A stretch of DNA of 48,534 nucleotides from contig JAZNFZ010000030.1 of NCBI GenBank assembly GCA_045576195.1, forward strand, positions 1 through 48,534, written 5' to 3'. Every line of letters begins with the position of its first letter. Within the stretch, counting starts at the first letter, position 1. This DNA is from Eubacteriales bacterium (GTDB lineage Bacteria > Bacillota > Clostridia > Oscillospirales > CAG-272). Position numbers and translations under genes: made by a program. Below, in pieces: positions 1 through 6,269 of this stretch. The notes under the pieces were generated by a model, which did not search any database, was not told the DNA's origin, and saw only the letters and a list, made by a program, of their open reading frames with translations.

Positions 1-91
1 ATGATATGAAACGAATACGAGAGAACGAAGAACGGCAGCTCTTATCTTCGAAAGATATGGAGATACGAGTGTCTTACACCGTAACAAGCAG

Positions 92-160
92 GACGTTTGT
101 GTGCCAAACGTCGCCCCGCAACAAGGCTTTTGTGGCAGAGATTTTAGGGGATGCCCCTAA
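92..160 (+). promoter_or_regulatory. Candidate oriT region (two short inverted repeats upstream of mobC)
   Basis: Hairpins GACGTTTG-tgtgc-CAAACGTC (92-112) and TTAGGGG-atg-CCCCTAA (144-160) lie just upstream of mobC/relaxase, the usual oriT position. No nick-site consensus was recognised. Confidence 0.3.
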
Positions 161-184
161 TACCCCGAATGAAAGGATGGTTTT

Positions 185-511
185 ATGAAAAAAGAAGATA
201 TTAGAATCGTTGCCCGCGTTACGCAAAATGAGAAGGAGCGTATCAACTCCATAGCCGAAAATTGCGGGCTAAGCACAACCGAATATATCCGTCAGAGAGC
301 GTTGGGATTTGAGCCGAGATCGGTTCCGCCTGACGCTCTTTTTGCTTTCTGCGAGAAATTGGACGTACTCATCGAGCCACCGTTCTCCGCAGAGGTCAAC
401 GCGGCGGCGCTCGCATTACTAAGGGATATATCCGACACATTGATTGCGCCGAGAAAGGAGAATATGCGTAAATGGCAACCACAGGATTCTGGCCCGTCAA
501 AGGACGGTTGA
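185..511 (+). CDS. mobC: MobC-like relaxosome accessory protein (ribbon-helix-helix type)
   Basis: 108-aa ORF. The N-terminal segment IRIVARVTQNEKERINSIAENCGLSTTEYIRQRALG resembles the MobC family. It overlaps the relaxase start by 40 nt. Confidence 0.7.
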   Translation: MKKEDIRIVARVTQNEKERINSIAENCGLSTTEYIRQRALGFEPRSVPPDALFAFCEKLDVLIEPPFSAEVNAAALALLRDISDTLIAPRKENMRKWQPQDSGPSKDG

Positions 512-1845
512 AAGAGGTTATCGACTATGCGAACAATCCCGACAAAACCACCGCCAAGGAATATCTTGACGAGGACTTATATGCGGCGATTCGCTATGTA
601 GAGAATGACTCTAAAACCGACCACACGGCATTCGTCACGGGCATCAACTGCTCCAAGCACAATGCCTATCACGAAATGATTGCCGTGAAGCGCCGTTTCG
701 GTGAGCGCGGGAAGAATATCGCCTACCACGGATACCAAAGCTTTGCCGAGGGCGAGGTTACTCCCGAGGAAGCGCATCAGATCGGCGTGGAAACCGCGCG
801 GAAGATGTGGGGCGCGAAATATCAAGTGGTCGTTACCACCCATCTCAACACTGATAACATCCACAACCATTTCGTAATCAATAGCGTTTCCTTTACCGAC
901 GGCAAGAAATTCCGCAACAGTATTGGCGACCGTTTGGAGCTTAGAAAAATCTCCGATGCCATCTGTGCCGAAAGAAGTAAATCGGTTATAGAGAGCCACA
1001 AATTTTATAGCAACAAGAAGGCGTATTGGGCGCAAAAAGCGGGACACGTCACCCACCGCGAAATGTTGAGACGCGACATGGAGGAAGCACTATCCAAGTG
1101 CATTACCCACAATGAATTTGTGGCATATATGAAAACTCTTGGATATACCTTTACGAGAGATTTCAGATACGACCATCCCTCCGTTATTTCGGCGGGGTGG
1201 TCGCGTGCTGTCCGTATCAGCAGTTTGGGTGATCGGTATTCAAAAGAGAATCTTATTAACCGTTTCCGTTGGAATTACGATCATATCGAGCAAATAAAGT
1301 TTAACCCACCGAAATCGAAGCGCAAGCCATTTCTTGATTTTGAATACCAAATGCGAGAAGCGGCGCAGATGGATGGGCTTCAACTCTTATTTGCCATTAT
1401 CGTTGAACTATTTAAGATCTGCACGGGCAACAATGTGCAGGAAGCGGACAACCGACCACTCTCTCCGATGATACGCACCGAGGCATCGAAAGCCGACAAA
1501 TATATGGAAGAATATTGGCTCTTGCGCGACCACTTTATCGAGTCGCCGCAGGAGCTTTTGTCATTTCAGCAGAATAAGGCGGCTCAAATTGCCGAGTTGG
1601 AGCAGAAACGCTATGAATTGCGCTTGCGGATTCGCCGCGTGAAAACGCCCGAGGAAGAAGCATCGCTCAAAGATCAATGCAAGGAGCTGACAAAGAAAAT
1701 GATGCCCTTGCGCAAACAATTAAAGATTTCTCTGCGCATTGAGCAACACACCCCACGTATCAAAGAATTGCTTGATGCCGAGCGAGAGATTGAACTAAAG
1801 AACAATGGACTTATCCAAAAGAAAGAAAAAACAAGAACGAGGTAA
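472..1845 (+). CDS. Mobilization relaxase (MobA/VirD2-type relaxase/nuclease domain)
   Basis: 457 aa. Histidine-triad motif HLNTDNIHNHFVINSV in the N-domain and a charged coiled-coil-like C-terminal tail. AAGGAG RBS upstream of the ATG. Confidence 0.85.
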   Translation: MATTGFWPVKGRLKEVIDYANNPDKTTAKEYLDEDLYAAIRYVENDSKTDHTAFVTGINCSKHNAYHEMIAVKRRFGERGKNIAYHGYQSFAEGEVTPEEAHQIGVETARKMWGAKYQVVVTTHLNTDNIHNHFVINSVSFTDGKKFRNSIGDRLELRKISDAICAERSKSVIESHKFYSNKKAYWAQKAGHVTHREMLRRDMEEALSKCITHNEFVAYMKTLGYTFTRDFRYDHPSVISAGWSRAVRISSLGDRYSKENLINRFRWNYDHIEQIKFNPPKSKRKPFLDFEYQMREAAQMDGLQLLFAIIVELFKICTGNNVQEADNRPLSPMIRTEASKADKYMEEYWLLRDHFIESPQELLSFQQNKAAQIAELEQKRYELRLRIRRVKTPEEEASLKDQCKELTKKMMPLRKQLKISLRIEQHTPRIKELLDAEREIELKNNGLIQKKEKTRTR

Positions 1846-1851
1846 AATGAT

Positions 1852-2706
1852 ATGAAAAACACGAAAAATATATTGATTGAGAAATTACACGCATTTGAAA
1901 ACCACCCTTACAAGGTGCAGGACAACGAAGAAATGGAGCGCCTTTCCGAGAGTATTCGAGAGCACGGCGTTCTATCACCCATTATCGTTCGCCCTAAGGA
2001 GAATACCGAAGATGAATACGAGATCATATCCGGTCACAGACGGGTTATGGCAAGCCAAAAGGCAGGGATCAAAGAGGTCCCTGCCTTAATCGTTTCTCTC
2101 GACCGTGACGCGGCGGCAATCGTTTTGGTGGATAGCAACCTCCACCGCGAGCATATTCTGCCGAGCGAGAAAGCCTTTGCTTACAAGATGAAAGCCGATG
2201 CAATGGCGCATCAAGGTTGGAGGTCTGATTTAACTTCGTGCCAAGTTGGCGCGAAGTTGAGAACCGACGAGCAAATTGCCGTCGATAGCAATGAAAGCGC
2301 AAGACAAGTTCAGCGTTATATCCGCCTTACAAATCTTATTCCCGAAATCCTTGAATACGTGGACGAGGGGCGCATTTCCTTTACTCCCGCCGTGGAGCTT
2401 TCCTATCTCGACGAGCAAGAGCAATACGACCTCTTGGAGCAGATGGAGATCAACGATTGCACTCCGTCGCTTTCGCAGGCTTGCCGCTTCAAGAAGATTA
2501 GCTTCGAGCAGGGATTAACTCCCCAAATTATTGCCGAGATTATGAGCGAGGAAAAGGCAAATCAGAAGGAAATGTTCAAGGTGCCGATGGAGCGTATCAG
2601 AAAGTATATCCCCAAAGGCAACGCCAAACAGACTGAGGACTTCGTGCTCAAAGCCTGCGAGCATTACTACAAAGTCCTTCAACGCAAAAAAGAGCGAAGC
2701 TTATAA
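1852..2706 (+). CDS. ParB-like N-terminal (nuclease/partition) domain protein
   Basis: 284 aa. ParB-box-like motif IISGHRRVMASQKAGIKEVPALIV. Position directly after the relaxase is typical of Clostridial mobilizable elements. Confidence 0.75.
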   Translation: MKNTKNILIEKLHAFENHPYKVQDNEEMERLSESIREHGVLSPIIVRPKENTEDEYEIISGHRRVMASQKAGIKEVPALIVSLDRDAAAIVLVDSNLHREHILPSEKAFAYKMKADAMAHQGWRSDLTSCQVGAKLRTDEQIAVDSNESARQVQRYIRLTNLIPEILEYVDEGRISFTPAVELSYLDEQEQYDLLEQMEINDCTPSLSQACRFKKISFEQGLTPQIIAEIMSEEKANQKEMFKVPMERIRKYIPKGNAKQTEDFVLKACEHYYKVLQRKKERSL

Positions 2707-2718
2707 GGAGGACTGCCT

Positions 2719-2940
2719 ATGACCAAACGCCCAAAAATCGACGTAGCACTCCCCGAAGAACTGCTCAATTCCTTTGCCAAAGCCTTAGTGCCCGAGATAC
2801 GCGCGTTTTACGACAGCGACGTGGGCAAAGCCTACTTTGAAAAGTGGCTCGCTAAGCACCCCGAATACTATGAAAGGACACCCGATGCTCTTGCGTCGGG
2901 TGTTTCCGTAGCGGTACAATCGACTTATCAAGAGAAATAA
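2719..2940 (+). CDS. Small hypothetical protein of the mobile element
   Basis: 73-aa ORF with a strong RBS (AAGGAGG), tightly spaced between the ParB-like gene and the recombinase. No recognisable motif. Confidence 0.55.
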   Translation: MTKRPKIDVALPEELLNSFAKALVPEIRAFYDSDVGKAYFEKWLAKHPEYYERTPDALASGVSVAVQSTYQEK

Positions 2941-2975
2941 TTATAATTATATTAGGACGAATAGGAGGTATTACA

Positions 2976-4628
2976 ATGAACGTAGTAATATACGCTCGAT
3001 TTTCAAGCCATAGTCAGACCGAGCAATCCATCGAAGGTCAGTTAAAGGTCTGTTACGAATATGCCGAATCTCACAATTACACTATTGTGGGTGAATATAT
3101 CGACCGCGCGCAAAGCGGTAAGTTTGATAACCGCGCAGATTTCCAAAGAATGATTGCGGATAGCGACAAGCATACCTTTGAGGGTGTGCTTGTCTATCAG
3201 CTTGACCGCTTTGCACGTAACCGTTACGATAGTGCAATATACAAAGCCAAGCTGAAGAAGAACGGAGTCCGAGTGATGTCTGCCAAGGAAAATATCTCGG
3301 ACGATGCCTCGGGCATTCTTATCGAGGGTGTTCTTGAAAGTATGGCAGAATACTATTCCGTAGAGCTTGCGCAGAAGATAAACCGAGGTATGGCAATCAA
3401 CGCAGAGAAATGTCTATCCAACGGCAGCAATCCCGGACTTGGATATAAGGTAAACAAAGATCGCACCTTTTCGGTTGACGAGGAAGAAGCGGCAATCGTC
3501 CGCGAGATCTACGAGCGTTACGCAAGCGGAGAAACCAAAGCCGAGATCGTCAAGGACTTACAACGAAGGAAGGTCAAGACCTCAATCGGTAACGAGTTTA
3601 CCTACAACAGCCTCAGCCATCTTCTCAAAAACAAACGCTATATCGGCATATATTTATACAAAGGAGTTGAAACGCCCGGTGGAATGCCGCGTATTATGGA
3701 CGACGACTTATTCTATCGGGTACAAGCGCTTATGAACAAGAACAAATCCGCACCTGCGCGGACTCGCGGTGAAAATGAATACCTTTTGACAACCAAGCTT
3801 TTCTGCGGTCATTGCAAGGAAATGATGGTCGGCTACGGCGGCACGGGCAAGTCGGGCAGACAGTACCATTATTATAAATGCAAGAACTCTCGCAAAAACA
3901 AATGCGATAAGAAGGTTGTCGGTAAGGAGTATATTGAAAACCGCGTAATCGAAGTGTGCCTGCAAATGCTCACCGACGATAAGATACGCTATATTGCAAA
4001 GCGGGTTGCGGAGGAATGCAACAAGAGTCCCGACAACCTTTCAATAAAGGAAATCAAGAAAGCCATCAAAGAGGTAGATACCGCGATTGAGAACCTTTGG
4101 AAAGGCATTGAGCAAGGACAAGCGGTGGATATGTTGACAGAACGTCTTAACCGCCGCCAAGCCGAGAAAACCGAATTGGAAACACAGCTTGCTATTGAGA
4201 GCAACAAGAAAATCTGTTTGACCGAGGCGCAGATATATGCCTTTCTTGATTTCGTTTGCGAAATGCCGATGGACGATTTCAATAAGCGCAGAGCGCTCAT
4301 CAACATCTTCGTACACTCGGTCTATCTGTACGATGACCATTTCACGTTGATCATCAACGCGAGCAAGAAGCCTTTGAGCATCGACAATATCCCGCTTGAC
4401 GATATTGAAGAAGCTTTTGAGGGCGAAAATGAAGGAAAGGAGGGGTGTTCGTCTATGGCGACACCCGCTCCACCAGCGCAAAAGAGCCGCAAATGCGGCT
4501 CTTTTTTTATGCGTTGGTGGACCCGAGGGGACAAATCGAAACCCTGCGAAAGGTGCGAAACAAAAAGAGGTGGGGGAGAGAATGGAAGGCCTTTTTTGAG
4601 GGGAGCGCAGGCTGTGGCGCACCTTTAA
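2976..4628 (+). CDS. Large serine recombinase (resolvase/invertase N-domain, recombinase domain, zinc ribbon, coiled coil)
   Basis: 550-aa ORF. Catalytic-serine N-terminus VVIYARFSSHSQTEQSIEGQ, motif YQLDRFARN, and Cys-rich ribbon CGHC...YYKCKNSRKNKC. RBS AGGAGG. The last ~53 codons (4470-4628) are encoded by the tandem repeat, so the true C-terminus is uncertain. Confidence 0.9.
   Translation: MNVVIYARFSSHSQTEQSIEGQLKVCYEYAESHNYTIVGEYIDRAQSGKFDNRADFQRMIADSDKHTFEGVLVYQLDRFARNRYDSAIYKAKLKKNGVRVMSAKENISDDASGILIEGVLESMAEYYSVELAQKINRGMAINAEKCLSNGSNPGLGYKVNKDRTFSVDEEEAAIVREIYERYASGETKAEIVKDLQRRKVKTSIGNEFTYNSLSHLLKNKRYIGIYLYKGVETPGGMPRIMDDDLFYRVQALMNKNKSAPARTRGENEYLLTTKLFCGHCKEMMVGYGGTGKSGRQYHYYKCKNSRKNKCDKKVVGKEYIENRVIEVCLQMLTDDKIRYIAKRVAEECNKSPDNLSIKEIKKAIKEVDTAIENLWKGIEQGQAVDMLTERLNRRQAEKTELETQLAIESNKKICLTEAQIYAFLDFVCEMPMDDFNKRRALINIFVHSVYLYDDHFTLIINASKKPLSIDNIPLDDIEEAFEGENEGKEGCSSMATPAPPAQKSRKCGSFFMRWWTRGDKSKPCERCETKRGGGENGRPFLRGAQAVAHL
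4470..4520. other. 51-nt palindrome with bidirectional-terminator-like core (copy 1); candidate recombination site or terminator
   Basis: CCACCAGCGC-AAAAGAGCCGC-aaat-GCGGCTCTTTTTTTAT-GCGTTGGTGG. The outer 10-nt arms are complementary with one G-T pair. The core is a 7-bp GC stem flanked by an A-run and a T-run. Confidence 0.6.
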
Positions 4629-4677
4629 GCAGCCGAGGGCGGCAATGACGCCCTTGCCTGCGGGGTTCCGATTCCCC

Positions 4678-4728
4678 CCACCAGCGCAAAAGAGCCGCAA
4701 ATGCGGCTCTTTTTTTATGCGTTGGTGG
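4678..4728. other. 51-nt palindrome with bidirectional-terminator-like core (copy 2)
   Basis: Identical to 4470-4520, one period (208 bp) downstream. Confidence 0.6.
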
Positions 4729-4885
4729 ACCCGAGGGGACAAATCGAAACCCTGCGAAAGGTGCGAAGCAGAAAGAGGTGGGGGAGAGAATGGAAGGCCT
4801 TTTTTGAGGGGAGCGCAGGCTGTGGCGCACCTTTAAGCAGCCGAGGGCGGCAATGGCGCCCTCGCCTGCGGGGTTCCGATTCCCC

Positions 4886-4923
4886 CCACCAGCGCAAAAG
4901 AGCCGCAAACGCGGCTCTTTTTT
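4886..4923. other. Truncated third palindrome: left arm and core hairpin kept, right arm replaced
   Basis: CCACCAGCGC-AAAAGAGCCGC-aaac-GCGGCTCTTTTTT, then cttgtaacag instead of atgcgttggtgg. The array ends exactly after the T-run. Confidence 0.6.
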
Positions 4924-4924
4924 C

Positions 4925-5320
4925 TTGTAACAGAAAACCACGCGATAGTGGCGTGGTTCGAAAAAGGCTATTGCCGATGAGAGGAAGCAAATAGAGGGCG
5001 AGAGTAGGATGTATTATAAGAAAGGCTCCCTTGTGCAAAGGGAGCTGTCGCCGCAGGCGACTGAGGGATTGTTGAACATAGAAAACAAAGCCAAAAGAGC
5101 AAAAAGAGAAAATCAAATTACAATCCCTTCGACGTTTTCTTACGAAAACGCCACCTCCCTTTACACAAGGGAGGCTTGAGACTTAGTCCCGCTTGAGCGG
5201 GGTTTCGTAACAAATGCATGGCTGGCAGGCCAATAAAAAGCGCACTTGTGCGCAGCCAGTAATATTAGGGCTATGCCCGAAACTGAAATACCCCCCGTTT
5301 TACGGGGGGATATTTATTTC
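4925..5320 (+). ncRNA. Candidate large structured non-coding element, copy A (unassigned family; strand inferred from the T-rich tail after the terminal hairpin)
   Basis: Collinear homology with 19755-20174. At least 7 hairpins. Compensatory changes between the copies in 3 stems. No shared ORF. Ends in a GC hairpin plus T-rich tail. Confidence 0.45.
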
Positions 5321-5323
5321 TTT
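5291..5323. terminator. Intrinsic-terminator-like hairpin closing element copy A; may also terminate the convergent AraC-family gene
   Basis: CCCCCCG-tttta-CGGGGGG followed by atatttatttcttt on the + strand, and by tatttcagttt on the - strand. Confidence 0.6.
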
Positions 5324-5333
5324 AACTGCAGGC

Positions 5334-6155
5334 TCAAGTGGGATTTTGCCTCCGAAAAGCTGAGGGGGATACGCCCCGAAAGCGGCGGAAGGTCTTGGTG
5401 AAATAGGAAAGGTTTTCAAAGCCGCACCGTCTGGCAGCCTCTGCTACCGTGCAGCCACCGTGGAGCAGCTCTGCAGCCGCATCGCAGCGGTAGCGGTTGG
5501 TGCTTTCGATCACAGTCCTGCCCGTCAGTCGCTTGAATTCGCGGCAGAGCGCGTATTTGTCAAGCAGTACTCTGCGGGAGAGCTCGTCCAGCGTGATCCT
5601 TTTTTCGTAATTTTGGCGGAGATAGAGAAGTGCCTCCTTCACCGCATTCGTTGCCGCGCCGACGGTTGGCTGCTTTTCCCGCGGCATAGCATAGCGGGAG
5701 CAGAGCAGGATCAGGATGGCAAGCAAAAGGTGAGAGGCTCTTGCCTTTTGCAGGGGGTCCTCCTTCTCGCCGTATACCCGCGTCAGATCCTCCATCAGCC
5801 GCACCATCTCACTGTCTCTGATGTGAGGGGAGAAGGCCAGCGCCTCGTAGTCAATGCCGTGCTGCTTGCAAAAATCGGTGTTGACGATCAGGCAGGTGTA
5901 GGTAAGGTGGTCGGCGGTGTCGGTATAGTGGATGACGTTGGAGTCTACTACGACGATATCGTTTTTCGCAAACGCGTAGCGCTCACCGTTCAGAAGAACA
6001 GAGCCCTCACCTCCCAGGCAGAGCTGAAGCTCAATGTTTTCGTGCCAATTTTTCTCATGGCTGAGATTGTGGGGCGTTCTCTCAAGCCCCGCGTGCAGCA
6101 CAAAGGGTAGCGCGTGCCCTGCGGCGGTGTGGATCTCGTAGCGGATGTTTTCCAT
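5334..6155 (-). CDS. AraC-family transcriptional regulator (cupin-like sensor domain plus HTH)
   Basis: 273 aa. C-terminal AraC HTH signature (ITLDELSRRVLLDKYALCREFKRLTG ... GFENLSYFTKTFRRFRGVSPSAFRR). Divergent from the next gene. Confidence 0.9.
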   Translation of the reverse strand: MENIRYEIHTAAGHALPFVLHAGLERTPHNLSHEKNWHENIELQLCLGGEGSVLLNGERYAFAKNDIVVVDSNVIHYTDTADHLTYTCLIVNTDFCKQHGIDYEALAFSPHIRDSEMVRLMEDLTRVYGEKEDPLQKARASHLLLAILILLCSRYAMPREKQPTVGAATNAVKEALLYLRQNYEKRITLDELSRRVLLDKYALCREFKRLTGRTVIESTNRYRCDAAAELLHGGCTVAEAARRCGFENLSYFTKTFRRFRGVSPSAFRRQNPT

Positions 6156-6269
6156 AAATCGCGCAAGATCGTGTTAAATTTATCCAATTTTGAGCCTTGA
6201 ATAGCGGTCGATCCTGCAATATAATGATTATAACACAAAGTGACTCACTTGTCAAACAAAGGAGAGACT

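Larger units (their letters stand above)
1..4924 (+). mobile_element. Right-hand portion of an integrated mobilizable element (MobC - relaxase - ParB-like - small ORF - large serine recombinase). Left end is outside the window; right boundary is unresolved, somewhere between ~4440 and ~4924.
   Basis: Co-directional mobilization plus recombinase module. Visibly lower GC than the rest of the window. The recombinase is the terminal gene and abuts a repeat array. Confidence 0.7.
4470..4924. repeat. Tandem direct repeat, 208-bp unit, 2 full copies (4470-4677, 4678-4885) plus a 38-bp partial third copy (4886-4923)
   Basis: CCACCAGCGC recurs at 4470, 4678 and 4886 (period exactly 208). Units 1 and 2 differ at only 4 positions by hand alignment. 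Confidence 0.95.

Noticed and set aside
6-188. 60-aa ORF at the window start
   Set aside because: It has no RBS and overlaps the hairpin-rich region expected to hold oriT and the mobC promoter. It is probably non-coding.
4515-4544. Possible tRNA genes or pseudogenes in the repeat units (CCACCA ends, TTCGA-like loops); also GGTTCGAAAAAGG at 4955-4967
   Set aside because: The T-loops are the wrong length and I could find no D arm, anticodon arm or matching acceptor 5' strand. At most these are tRNA-derived relics. No bona fide tRNA is called in the window.
4470-4924. CRISPR array
   Set aside because: The repeats are 208-bp contiguous units with no unique spacers, and there are no cas genes.
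4041-5116. Several 60-230-aa ORFs on both strands through the tandem array (e.g. 4041-4742 -, 4507-4941 -, 4645-4836 +, 4701-4994 +, 4715-5116 -)
   Set aside because: They are generated by the repetition itself (the same peptide repeats with the 208-bp period), cross strong terminator hairpins and lack RBSs.
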